The notes under the pieces were generated by a model. The model did not search any database. It was not told where the DNA came from and saw only the letters and a list, made by a program, of their open reading frames with translations. From positions 1 through 64,000 of IMG/VR virus record IMGVR_UViG_3300030430_004991: a stretch of DNA of 64,000 nucleotides; one strand, written 5' to 3'. Shown piece by piece: positions 48,607-59,061 of the stretch. Within the stretch, counting starts at the first letter, position 1, and each line of letters begins with the position of its first letter. Made by a program: the position numbers and the translations under genes. This DNA is from a virus.

Positions 48607-50110
48607 CTTGCTCTACTCTGATTTTGAATGTATACGGCTGTTCTCTATAAGAAGAAAGCGAGTCTTCATAAAAAGAAAGTTTCATTTCGTATGTATATCC
48701 TTCTTCTAATAAATCCATATCTAAATCAAAGTAATTACCATCAGAATCATAAGATAGCATTGTTTCTGCTGTTGAGCCAGTTCCATAGGGAATAACGATT
48801 TTTTTATCTGATGCTCTTGTGATTTGATAAGACGCACTTTCTATCAGTAGATTTTCTGGTGCTGTTTTCGCCGTAGTATAAACATTAGGCGACCAATTTT
48901 TTTCTCTCACAAAAAGTCTGAACCTTTCAGTTTGACCTCTACTGTATTTTGGCTTAAGATTTTTAATGCTTACAACATATTTTGTGTTTGGATTGTAGTT
49001 TGAAAATGAGTGCTCTTTTGGTATTATTACTGATCCTGTGTGTAATTCGCTCCCACTCATGGTCCAAACGTCAACTAGATAGGGGTATGTCGCCGTTACT
49101 GCGCTTGCTGTCACAGAAAAAGTTGCTTTATAAATACCCCTGGACTCTCGTGAAGCGCTTAGAAAATTCACCGCAGTGTTAGAAGAATCTCGAAAATAAC
49201 GCGCAGTACCTTCGGGCACAGACCCTGAGGAGTAATAAAGATTTAAAACCGGTATTGCGCTGGAATCTCCTGAAATGTCGCGAAGATTTCCACGAATGTA
49301 GTTATACAAGTAAAGTGTATTTAAGTTTTCAACTGCTGGTGCCAAAGAAGAACTGAGATAAAAATTTGCCCTATTATCTTTCCTAGTCGAATCCCAACGA
49401 GCCTCCAACACAGGACGGCTAAAGTAAAACTCTGATGATCTTGCGAAAAACTTCTTTGTGTAGTAAGAAAATTGGGCCCCCTCTGGGTTTGAAGACGACG
49501 AGGCTTCGTATGATGCTGAAAGGTGCACTCCGAAGCCATAGTTTTCTTTTGTACCAAGTATCCATTGTTCGACCAAAGTTGTTACATTTACTTCTAAATC
49601 TTCATCTCCCTCGTCAAAAGAAGCAGAATAAATTGGAGAATCATGGTAATCACCACCAGCGCTTGTCCAACGACCATCATCAGCACTAGAAGATTGTCTT
49701 GCTTGGATCCAGTTTGATCCTATTCCGTTATAAGTTATGTCAGAGTAGTTTTCCATGTCTAAGCCGTTACCTTCTTGCCATGAAGATGATACTGCCAACA
49801 CGTCTAATTTGTAATTTTTTGGAAGAGTGTGAGGGTGCCTAGCATTAAACATTTTGAGGAAAAACGAGACTTTTCCAGATTGTGGTATTAACTCTGCTTC
49901 TCTGTCTGCTTTAATCTCTTCAATTACAGGGAATTGAAGTATAATTCTTGCCAACTCGGTTGAAGTTGCGCTTTCTTGTGCGTAAATTGAAAAAGTTTCC
50001 AATATGTCGGCTTGACCCATGTTGGAGCCAGTTGCACGAACTACTAAGTTGTCTTGGAATGCATTGGTGATTGTATTATCAGCATTCGCGAAATATCTTT
50101 TTATGGCCAT
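48596..50110 (-). CDS. Virion structural protein
   Basis: 504 aa, Ser-rich. SW.EG.G, NYGF and RPVLEARWD motifs. Directly downstream of the gp6-like gene. Confidence 0.55.
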   Translation of the reverse strand: MAIKRYFANADNTITNAFQDNLVVRATGSNMGQADILETFSIYAQESATSTELARIILQFPVIEEIKADREAELIPQSGKVSFFLKMFNARHPHTLPKNYKLDVLAVSSSWQEGNGLDMENYSDITYNGIGSNWIQARQSSSADDGRWTSAGGDYHDSPIYSASFDEGDEDLEVNVTTLVEQWILGTKENYGFGVHLSASYEASSSSNPEGAQFSYYTKKFFARSSEFYFSRPVLEARWDSTRKDNRANFYLSSSLAPAVENLNTLYLYNYIRGNLRDISGDSSAIPVLNLYYSSGSVPEGTARYFRDSSNTAVNFLSASRESRGIYKATFSVTASAVTATYPYLVDVWTMSGSELHTGSVIIPKEHSFSNYNPNTKYVVSIKNLKPKYSRGQTERFRLFVREKNWSPNVYTTAKTAPENLLIESASYQITRASDKKIVIPYGTGSTAETMLSYDSDGNYFDLDMDLLEEGYTYEMKLSFYEDSLSSYREQPYTFKIRVEQDEY

Positions 50111-51909
50111 TACTTTGCTATTCCTTTAATGTCGTTGTCTGGAAATTTTAGTTCCAAGATTGAATTATTTGGTGTATGATAAAAAGTACCATCTTTAGAT
50201 AAAATTTTATCCATATCTAGAGAAACGTCCGAGTATACGCCACCTGTTTTGTTTTCAATTTTTACTTTTCTAACATCTAGAACGCCATCAACTCTATTCA
50301 AAATAGAATAAATTCTGGTTATATATAATGGCTCTCCGATATAAAATTTGTCAGCATATAGCTGCTTTACCTCTTCTATACACTCAACCAATACAGCATC
50401 TTTAGAAAACTTTTTATCTACCATGACAGTAAATTCAATCTGTAAATTTATTACTTTTGGATCATAAATTTCAATTTGATCATTTAAAGACCTGTACTGA
50501 TTAAGATAATTTTTTATGTTATTTTTTGTAACAGAATTAGTTTTAGTTAAGTTTCCTTCATTATCTTGAGAAATTAAATATAGAGAAATTTTTCTGTTGC
50601 TCGATGAAGGATCATTAACTATATTTGCGCGCGATACCGCACCAAATTTTCGAGGCATGCTGTAGACTAGAGACTCATAGTCTTGTTTAGTAACTGCTCT
50701 GCCTTGAGATGCATAGTTGGATTTTGCTCTCTGCTTTAATTCTTCTACCGATATGTCGACATCTATAGATGTTATTGGGTCTTCATTGTTTACCTCTAAA
50801 GAGTTTTCTACAAAACTCCTTTGTGAATCTGTTAAAACAGAGATGTCTTTAAAGATCATGTTGCGCGCATTTACTTGGTTAATAGAATTAGCTGGTACAT
50901 TTGTAGTCTCTGGTGCATTTGATCTATAGATTATTGTAAGTTCTGTGTTGTGCGGAGAAATTCCTAGCTTATTTGTTGTTATTAGCTTAGATGGATCAAA
51001 TGATTTTTTACTGATGTAATCTTTACCTTGCATTTTTAGTGCGACACGAGATGGGTCAGTTATTCCGTCATTGTCAGTGTTCTCTGATCCAAATCCGAAT
51101 TGTAAAAATGTACCGGTGTCATCTTGTTCTAAAACAAATCTTCGAGCAGTTGCAAATGGCTTAAGTATTGATCTTACACCATCGACTGCGGCATTTTGAT
51201 TTGTTGTATCTACAAAAACTACTTCTTGTGACAAATGTTCTACTTCATAGTAACGATTACCTTCACTGTCATAAACAGAAATGATTTCTGATATGTTGGG
51301 CGCACCGACACGGATTTTTTTAAATTTTTCAAATACTGAATTTGTTAGGTCGACAGTGGCCAATTGAAGTATTCCTGATTGGACTTGTCCGTAATTTCTA
51401 ACAGCAAAATAAGTTGTTGCACCTGTCGTGGAATTAAAACGTGCCGCCACAATGTCCGATGTCGCATCAGAAAAATTTACATCTTCAGATAGTATAAAAC
51501 TACCTCCGTCGGATGTTGTAAATGTTGCCCCCTCTTTTAAAATTGGCAAATAAGAATCATCAGGCGCTGTTCCTTCAGAATTTGCTGGGCATAGTATGAA
51601 CAGCGAAACAATGCCATAAGAAGAAGGTGTTCCAGCAAATTTATAGCCCATAGCTCTAGCATGCTTACGAACATTTTCAAACTCTAGACTGGTGTCTAGA
51701 AAACTTTCATTGACATGATAATCCAGATAATAAGATAAAATATCTCCGGAATAGGCAACTGTGTCCAAAACTAGAGATCCAAAAGAGGCCTCAGAAAAAT
51801 CTCGGTATGCATTTGGATAATACCTTTTTGCATATTGCACCAAATCTTCTTTGATGCTTTCAAACTCTCTACTTGTGTATTTTATGGCAACATTTTTATT
51901 TTTTGGCAT
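50110..51909 (-). CDS. Baseplate wedge protein (T4 gp6-like)
   Basis: Motifs REFESIKEDL, DFSEAS.G..LD..AY..D.LSYY, ESFLDT, LQFGFG and RAVTKQDY. Confidence 0.85.
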   Translation of the reverse strand: MPKNKNVAIKYTSREFESIKEDLVQYAKRYYPNAYRDFSEASFGSLVLDTVAYSGDILSYYLDYHVNESFLDTSLEFENVRKHARAMGYKFAGTPSSYGIVSLFILCPANSEGTAPDDSYLPILKEGATFTTSDGGSFILSEDVNFSDATSDIVAARFNSTTGATTYFAVRNYGQVQSGILQLATVDLTNSVFEKFKKIRVGAPNISEIISVYDSEGNRYYEVEHLSQEVVFVDTTNQNAAVDGVRSILKPFATARRFVLEQDDTGTFLQFGFGSENTDNDGITDPSRVALKMQGKDYISKKSFDPSKLITTNKLGISPHNTELTIIYRSNAPETTNVPANSINQVNARNMIFKDISVLTDSQRSFVENSLEVNNEDPITSIDVDISVEELKQRAKSNYASQGRAVTKQDYESLVYSMPRKFGAVSRANIVNDPSSSNRKISLYLISQDNEGNLTKTNSVTKNNIKNYLNQYRSLNDQIEIYDPKVINLQIEFTVMVDKKFSKDAVLVECIEEVKQLYADKFYIGEPLYITRIYSILNRVDGVLDVRKVKIENKTGGVYSDVSLDMDKILSKDGTFYHTPNNSILELKFPDNDIKGIAK

Positions 51910-51930
51910 TTTTAATCCTCACAACTACAG

Positions 51931-51937
51931 TAAGTAG
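51931..51937 (-). promoter_or_regulatory. Putative late promoter motif CTACTTA
   Basis: 22 nt upstream of the gp6-like start. Confidence 0.5.
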
Positions 51938-51957
51938 TTTTCTTTCTGAATTTGAGT

Positions 51958-52380
51958 TTATACCGGTAAATTCTCTAATGTCTCAGACAATGTTAAATCA
52001 AAAGTAGACGCGATAGCAGAATCATTGATAAAATAACTTATTTTAATTTGCATAACAGACTCATCTTTACTAAAATTAATTTCTAAATTACTAATCGTTA
52101 TGTAGCGCAAAAACGTAGATATCTGAGAAATAATGTTTTCTCTTATTGGCGGCAAAGTCGATGTTCCTAGTTGTATTTGCGATTTCAACTCAAATAAATA
52201 TCTGGATAATCCGACACCAAAATCAGGCAAAGTTATTCTTTCCCCCGGTCTTGTCAACAAAATCATTTTAAGATTTTGATCTACAACTTTTGTTATATCT
52301 GCTACAGCATGAATTCGATAAGAGCCTGTCTCTTCGTCTATCTCTAATGGAATAATTGGTGCTATTACTTCTGTTGGCAT
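51958..52380 (-). CDS. Baseplate wedge subunit (gp25/GPW-like)
   Basis: QNLKMILLTRPGERITLPDFGVGLSRYLFE. Start reassigned to MPTEV (GGAGG SD). Confidence 0.88.
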   Translation of the reverse strand: MPTEVIAPIIPLEIDEETGSYRIHAVADITKVVDQNLKMILLTRPGERITLPDFGVGLSRYLFELKSQIQLGTSTLPPIRENIISQISTFLRYITISNLEINFSKDESVMQIKISYFINDSAIASTFDLTLSETLENLPV

Positions 52381-52381
52381 T

Positions 52382-55300
52382 TTACTTTCCTCCTGTATTA
52401 AATAACTTGCCAAAATTATTTGTACACTCATTGCCATCTTTATCGAAAGGATTTTGTCTAACGATTCTTCTTCTCAGGCCCCACGAAAACTCTCCAAAAT
52501 TTATAAACGAAATTGCATTTAGTGCTCTTCTCTGTAATGCTTTGAGTATGTCTTCGTTACCAGATTCTTCATTTGGCGGGTCTCTGTCATCATTTCTATA
52601 AAAAGAAACAAAAAGGCTTCTGGATTGTGCTTTAGAGTCAGCAAAGATTTTTGAAATTTCATTTGAAGGAAAATCTGTTTCGCCTGGGGTTTCTCTCTCA
52701 TCCGGAAAAGACCCTAGAGACGGTATAAGATTTATATAAGAATAGATCATGTACAAAGATGGTATTTTTTTTATCTGGAGTACATTGTCCATCAAATGTA
52801 CAAAATTTTCTGTTTTTGTCATTTTATCAACATAGCATTTTAATTCTTGGTCTAAATTGTTATTAGAATTAAGTAATTCTTCAATTGTTACATCTAGTAT
52901 GTCTTCTTCGAAAGAACAAATAGGAAAGCTAAACTTAGAACTTTGCAAAACTTTTGTACCAGATTCTGTTTCAAAAGCCGCAGGAAGTTGAATAAAAGAT
53001 CTTTTTTCCATTGGGATGTTACTTGTTCCCACAGGTAAAGTAAAACCCTTCGGAGGAATAAAACACAAACGAACACCAAATTTTATACCTATGCTTCCTT
53101 CGTAAGATAATTCATCCTCCGTTAGAACAGCATCGCCGAAATAGTCTGAGATGTTTTTGTCAATGTTTAAAAGAAATCGATTATCATTCAGAAAACTTTT
53201 TAACTCACTAATGCTGACTAGTCCGTTGACTTTTGCTACGTTTATTAAATTATTATCTTTTTTAGGGCTACATACTACAAATTTTTCCAAATAAAAACCG
53301 CCATGTTCAGATAATCGATCGAATCTTTTATCCGAGATCTCAGTTCCGTTTAGTGCATGATTCATGTCAGCCTTCGCGCATTCTACAAGGTCTCCATAGG
53401 GTAATGAACCCACACCACCACCTATTGGCACCTCGGCATCGTAAACACCGGCGTTTATTTGCTTGCCCAACATCATATAAGAACCACCAATAAAAAACTT
53501 TTTAATGTCATAAATCCATGGACGCGGTTCTAATTCATCTCTCATTTTTTTGGTGTAAACGTCTAGTTCTTCTTTTACTACATATTTTAACAACTTTTTG
53601 ATGCTAGATTTTATAGAGTTTAAAGCATCAATTTTTACTGCAAATCTAGCTTGCTCTAGACTGATTGGGATTATTGAAAATACCACACTTTCTAGAACAT
53701 TAAGCAAATCAAAACCTCCAGACCCTATTATAGTTGTGCCTCTCTGGATAGCGGCAAATTTATCCAAATCTGATTGGGAAAACTTAATTATTGCACCAAA
53801 CCCTCTTGTGTATAAATTGTAATTAAAAACATCACGTCCGTATAATAAAGGGTATGATTCTTGCAACATGTTGCACTCATCAAGTATTTGCTCTATTTCT
53901 AAATTACTTTCCATTTGATTATTTTTGACTCTCCGGCTTACTGTCTGGACCACTTGCTCTAGGAACAGCAGCGCATAGACAGTTCCCTCATAAGTTGATG
54001 CAAAAAGAGAAGTTTCGTTTGAAATACCTCTATACACTTTTTCTGTTATGTAATTCAGCAGCAAATTGTCATAATTTCTATCAACATCTAAATGTACGTT
54101 TGCAAAAATAGGAAATGATCGTATCAAAAAATCAGATAAGTAAACTCGTATTGTAGCCCGTACGATACCCTCTAAAGTAGCTAAAGTATCGGGGCTTGAT
54201 ATTTTATCGAACGGTAATTCTACTGTGCATGTTGGACTGTACGGTAACAATTCGTGCGGTTGAATACTTTGTTTATTTCTGTCGATCTCCTTTAACAGTG
54301 TATCTAGCATTAAAAAATTAGAATTTTTAGGATCACAGCCAGTAGGATTTGGCACTACTATTTTAGAAAAAGCCATCCAGCCCGTGTGCTTTGGTTCTGC
54401 TATATAAATTTTTGGTTCCAAAAACGTACCACCGTGTCTAGTAGGATCTAGAAAGTGCACTCTAGGGTTATTAGTTTTACTTCTTCCTAAAACCCCATCT
54501 TCTTCATCATAAAAATCTTCGTAAGGTTCCTCGCCGTTCGGGCCAACATAAACCAAATCAGAATCCTGCTCTACTGGGATGTTGGCGTTACCAAACAAAA
54601 ATCCTTCTGAGGGCACGCCTACTTGCCTCTCGGTGAATCTTTTAGGCAATCTATTGTAAATTTCTGTATTCATACCCTCAAAAAATGATGTAAAAGTTTC
54701 TGGTTGAAATTCTACATCAAACTCTGACCATATTGACTCTACCATCTTGCCTAATGTTGCTGGGCCGAACGCTAAAGAACTATCCTCAACTTGATAATCT
54801 TGTGGTATTTGTAAAAAGTTATTATTTGTAAAGTTTATGTGATCCCACAAATCTTGAAATAAAGTTTGCCCATCGGGTAAAAGAGTTTCATTAAGAATAA
54901 TTGTGCTGGTAAAATTATTTATAATTTTTCTACCAAATCTTGTCGTGTTAAATTTTTCATTATCATATGATAATACTGTGGGAAATCCGACCTTATAGCT
55001 TATTTCTTGAGATTCTATAAATTGTTTTAGCTGTATTGCGACTGTCGTAGGGAGTTCTAGCTCTACTCCCAACTGGCCAAAAATTAAACGAAAGAAGAAA
55101 TTGTTCTCAATTAACATATGCTTGGTTAGATTGAAGAATTTTTTATTAGACAAAATTTCTAACAATACACCCGGTGGATTGAATGGATTAAAAAAATTGT
55201 CTTCTACAGTATCATCAATAAATGCTTTTTCTAGACGCTTAAAGATACCAGTTATTGCATTTGAAATTACTATTTGTTTATTTTCTGGGTAGTCGTCAAA

Positions 55301-58300
55301 ACTCGGTATAATGCGTTGATCCTTACAATCTGGATCTTTGGGACCAAAAGCATCATTAATAGCTTTATCTAAACCAGGACCATTTAAAAGCAAATTAGCT
55401 GCGTCTGCTAGATTAGTTTTATTTCTCTCGTCTTGTTTTCTAACAAATTCTCTCCCAATCTCTGGATCTGAGAAGGCAGCAATTCTGTTTTGATCCCACA
55501 AATCTTTTGCTTCTTTTGTCAAACAAATACTTAGGTCAACCGGAAAATCATCTAATGGACTATCCAGTTCATCTATAATGTTGTTTCTCTGTTCTGCGGT
55601 TAAAAAGTTGCCCATTGTTTGAAAAAACTGATCGGTAGACTCTGTGTCTGAAAAAAGTTCAGAAAATTCGGGTAAGGTGTTTTTAACTAAAAAAGAAATG
55701 TTACCTAAAAAAGCAGGGCTTGGTGAACCTACCATGGCTTGTTTAATCTCTTTTTGTGTGGCACTAACTGACAATAGATTTGCTAAATCTCTATAGCTGG
55801 CGTCACTTTTGCCTCGTGCGCCACCCGCTTGCAAAACATTTCTATTGACTTTATCCCTGTCGTCATCTGCTTTTGCATCTGGACAGAGGAGATTAGAAAC
55901 AAAAGCGTCGAAACCACCATCTTGTATCGCTGCAATACCAGCCCGTGTGACATTGCCAATTGCTTGACATAGATCTACATTTAACAATTCTGTTGTTTTA
56001 ATTATAAGAGCAACTATTACTCTAGAAGCCAGTTCTCTTAGTGCTACGTACATCGCGTCACCTAGTTGTTCAAGCCAATTAAAGTTGAGTTCCAGTTCTC
56101 TAAGTTCTGGCATAGCGATTCTGGTTTCTTCACTACCACATGGATCGGCTGTTAAGGTGGAAAGAAAAGAGTCTATGGGCGGATAGACTAACGGATCTTT
56201 TCCACATTCAAATCTTGAAATAATTTTTCCTAATAAATTTGCTCCCGGTATGTTCTCAATTGCTCTTTGCAACTCTACAACCGATGCGGTTTTCATTATT
56301 TCATCAATGTAGGCTTGAGTTAGCGCGCTTTGTACATTCCCTAGCGCTTTTCCTAGGGTGCCAGGCCTGATTTCGTCTTCAGGTGTAATACTGACAATTG
56401 CGGTTTTTCTTTTTTGTCGGTCGATGACCTCTTGTTGTTCAGTGGGTGTTAAATTTTTAAAATTTTGATACTGCTGTATTTCATCTGCTGTTGCGTCTGC
56501 TTCAAATTTCTTTTTTTCAAGTTTCCTCAGTTCTATGATTAGCTTGCTAACTTCTTGTTCTACTGTTTTAGAAAAACTATCTGTTCCAGCATCTAGGTCT
56601 GCTAAAGATTTTTTTTCGTTATTTATAGATTGTTGAAACGTTACATTATTATCCCTAGCTCTTTCGATTTGGAAAGATGTATCTTCAATTGACTCTTTGA
56701 CATTTCTAAGTTGCGTTTCCACGGTATTAATTTGTTCGCCCAATTCCCTACCTTGTCTTTCAATTATTTCATTAACTGCTGTTTCGTCGTCACTTATGTT
56801 GTCTGCTTGTTGAACGTAAAAATCAAACTGCCTTTGTAAATCAACTAGTTGTGAAGTTAAAGTCATTTGTGAAGAAAATAAAGATCTTTTTTTCTGTTCT
56901 TCACTGATTATAAAATCTAAATTAGTTTGAAGATCTGCTTCTAGCACGGCTATCTTATCTAATAGTTTTTTTCTGTATGCTAGCTTAAACTCTCCACTTT
57001 TCAATTCTTGTATTCTTTTTTTGATTTCTTCTATTTTTGCTTCAGTTGACATCGATGTGAACTCTGCTGATAGTCTGTCTCCCATAGTTCCCGGACTGTC
57101 TTTGTTCTGTTCAATGTTTTTAACTGTTTGTCTGTCTACTGCTTCTCCCAAAGAACCAGAATCCCATCCAGCCTCCCATGGATAAGGCATGTCTTTAAAT
57201 TCACTTCTTACTTTTGCTTCTATTTCTTGTCTCTTGTTTGCTGGTAGTGTTTCTAGGATTATCTCCAGCGCTGCTTCTCCGCTAGAAGTGATGATTTGCT
57301 TTATAAGTGTGTAATACACTTCGTCCAAAGTCAAAGCAGCAGATAAACACTTAATTGCTCCTTCCAAATTAGCTTGCAGATCACAGGGGTTGAAATTTTT
57401 TATAAACTCAGCTATAGCATTTGGTGCAGAGGTTAACCCTTTTTGTAAATTAGTTCCCATTTTCTTTAAAGAACCAATAGGATCATCCCAAACTTTTTTG
57501 CCGTTTTCCATGGCGTTACCAAATCCATTCACAACTGTTTCTGTTGCTTTTTCTGCTTGTCTTTCTCTAGTATTCCAAGCGTCTATTAATTCATCTAATT
57601 GTTGTACATTTTCACCAGTAAAGAAATCTTTTATTTCTTTATTTTCTTTTATCATTTGTTCTTTGGTTTTACATGCGTTACTATTGTATCGATATTCTAT
57701 GGACTTAAATAGACTCATCGCTTCGTTCAAAATAAAATCTGCGATGTCATTAAAGTTAACGCTTAAGCAACTATCTTCTTGAAAGTTACGAGAACTACCA
57801 TAGTTAACTGCTAGTTTCGGAAATGTTTTGCCTACAATAAAATCTAGCCATGGTGGTGTTTTATTACTCTCTAAGGCTGTTCTTATGTTGTTTATATCAG
57901 AAAAATAACCCATCATTGTTTGATTATTTCTGGCGTATTGCTTGAAAGAATCTAGTCCTTTTTTACAACTAACATACGGACAATTATTTTTTCTAGCTCT
58001 TACACTTTTCACTGCGAATGGTTTATTTTCATCACTTTTATCAAAAGAAACTTCTACTTCAAAAGCAATATTGTGTGATTTTGTTCCTGTGTCTAGAAAG
58101 CCTCGCAAATCAAAATCGTTCTTATTTAATAGCGCATCAAGTTGTCGCACAAATTTTTCAATTCTTTCTTCTGCGTAAAATTTTATATAAAAAGGATTAC
58201 CAGATTTTTCAAAATAAATAGAACCGTTTTCTTCTCTGTAGAAATACGATTGGAACGTTTTAAATGAATTCATCGCAGATTGAAATCTTTGTATTGCATC

Positions 58301-59053
58301 CATAAACTCAGGAGGTTTTATAACGATTTTGTCTTTTGAAGTATCCATAGAGCCTAGATCTGGTGCATTGGGCACTTCGTTGAATTTATTTGCAGGTATC
58401 CCTACATGCACGATCATAATCTTAGAAGGCGTTATAAACGTATAATCTTTAACTCTAGCAAATAGCTCTAATGCCTTTGCGTTTTTTATGTCAGGCAACA
58501 TGGTTAAAATCTCTTCATCCACCTCGTCAGTATTAAAGGATTGCGGGATTGCAGCCTCAGTTAATTGATCTTGTCTTTTAACGTACTGTTCGTAGTCCAA
58601 ACCAAAAATACCTTTACATGTTTGTCCTGCGGATCGTGGAGGAGAGGCGCAGACTATTTCATCTGTATCTAACTTATCATAAAATCGTAGTATTTTACGA
58701 ACTGCTGGTCTTATGTAAGACTTTAATAGTGTTTTAAAAGGATAAGGAGAGTCGGATAAATTAACAAAACTGTTTCTTTTTGTGCCTTCTGGTACCACGG
58801 TAGAAGCCACCAATCTCTGTGTGTCGTCATAGTACACATCAGCGTCGATGTTTATCATTACTTTTACTTGATATTCGCACTGCTTTTCATTTAAATATGG
58901 GTCTTCTGATTGAGTCCAATCTGGTTCGATGTAGTTTGGATTTGGTATACACGTAGGACAAATCTTATCTGGTTCTTTTAATTCTTCTAAGATTTCTTCT
59001 GGTGTTTTAAAACAAGCATCTTCTTGTAATTGTTTAAATTTTGATTCTGACAT
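52382..59053 (-). CDS. Giant hypothetical virion protein with long coiled coil
   Basis: 2223 aa, with an extended Glu/Gln/Lys heptad region near aa 660-880. Lies between the hub-like and gp25-like genes. Confidence 0.55.
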   Translation of the reverse strand: MSESKFKQLQEDACFKTPEEILEELKEPDKICPTCIPNPNYIEPDWTQSEDPYLNEKQCEYQVKVMINIDADVYYDDTQRLVASTVVPEGTKRNSFVNLSDSPYPFKTLLKSYIRPAVRKILRFYDKLDTDEIVCASPPRSAGQTCKGIFGLDYEQYVKRQDQLTEAAIPQSFNTDEVDEEILTMLPDIKNAKALELFARVKDYTFITPSKIMIVHVGIPANKFNEVPNAPDLGSMDTSKDKIVIKPPEFMDAIQRFQSAMNSFKTFQSYFYREENGSIYFEKSGNPFYIKFYAEERIEKFVRQLDALLNKNDFDLRGFLDTGTKSHNIAFEVEVSFDKSDENKPFAVKSVRARKNNCPYVSCKKGLDSFKQYARNNQTMMGYFSDINNIRTALESNKTPPWLDFIVGKTFPKLAVNYGSSRNFQEDSCLSVNFNDIADFILNEAMSLFKSIEYRYNSNACKTKEQMIKENKEIKDFFTGENVQQLDELIDAWNTRERQAEKATETVVNGFGNAMENGKKVWDDPIGSLKKMGTNLQKGLTSAPNAIAEFIKNFNPCDLQANLEGAIKCLSAALTLDEVYYTLIKQIITSSGEAALEIILETLPANKRQEIEAKVRSEFKDMPYPWEAGWDSGSLGEAVDRQTVKNIEQNKDSPGTMGDRLSAEFTSMSTEAKIEEIKKRIQELKSGEFKLAYRKKLLDKIAVLEADLQTNLDFIISEEQKKRSLFSSQMTLTSQLVDLQRQFDFYVQQADNISDDETAVNEIIERQGRELGEQINTVETQLRNVKESIEDTSFQIERARDNNVTFQQSINNEKKSLADLDAGTDSFSKTVEQEVSKLIIELRKLEKKKFEADATADEIQQYQNFKNLTPTEQQEVIDRQKRKTAIVSITPEDEIRPGTLGKALGNVQSALTQAYIDEIMKTASVVELQRAIENIPGANLLGKIISRFECGKDPLVYPPIDSFLSTLTADPCGSEETRIAMPELRELELNFNWLEQLGDAMYVALRELASRVIVALIIKTTELLNVDLCQAIGNVTRAGIAAIQDGGFDAFVSNLLCPDAKADDDRDKVNRNVLQAGGARGKSDASYRDLANLLSVSATQKEIKQAMVGSPSPAFLGNISFLVKNTLPEFSELFSDTESTDQFFQTMGNFLTAEQRNNIIDELDSPLDDFPVDLSICLTKEAKDLWDQNRIAAFSDPEIGREFVRKQDERNKTNLADAANLLLNGPGLDKAINDAFGPKDPDCKDQRIIPSFDDYPENKQIVISNAITGIFKRLEKAFIDDTVEDNFFNPFNPPGVLLEILSNKKFFNLTKHMLIENNFFFRLIFGQLGVELELPTTVAIQLKQFIESQEISYKVGFPTVLSYDNEKFNTTRFGRKIINNFTSTIILNETLLPDGQTLFQDLWDHINFTNNNFLQIPQDYQVEDSSLAFGPATLGKMVESIWSEFDVEFQPETFTSFFEGMNTEIYNRLPKRFTERQVGVPSEGFLFGNANIPVEQDSDLVYVGPNGEEPYEDFYDEEDGVLGRSKTNNPRVHFLDPTRHGGTFLEPKIYIAEPKHTGWMAFSKIVVPNPTGCDPKNSNFLMLDTLLKEIDRNKQSIQPHELLPYSPTCTVELPFDKISSPDTLATLEGIVRATIRVYLSDFLIRSFPIFANVHLDVDRNYDNLLLNYITEKVYRGISNETSLFASTYEGTVYALLFLEQVVQTVSRRVKNNQMESNLEIEQILDECNMLQESYPLLYGRDVFNYNLYTRGFGAIIKFSQSDLDKFAAIQRGTTIIGSGGFDLLNVLESVVFSIIPISLEQARFAVKIDALNSIKSSIKKLLKYVVKEELDVYTKKMRDELEPRPWIYDIKKFFIGGSYMMLGKQINAGVYDAEVPIGGGVGSLPYGDLVECAKADMNHALNGTEISDKRFDRLSEHGGFYLEKFVVCSPKKDNNLINVAKVNGLVSISELKSFLNDNRFLLNIDKNISDYFGDAVLTEDELSYEGSIGIKFGVRLCFIPPKGFTLPVGTSNIPMEKRSFIQLPAAFETESGTKVLQSSKFSFPICSFEEDILDVTIEELLNSNNNLDQELKCYVDKMTKTENFVHLMDNVLQIKKIPSLYMIYSYINLIPSLGSFPDERETPGETDFPSNEISKIFADSKAQSRSLFVSFYRNDDRDPPNEESGNEDILKALQRRALNAISFINFGEFSWGLRRRIVRQNPFDKDGNECTNNFGKLFNTGGK

Positions 59054-59061
59054 TTTTTACC

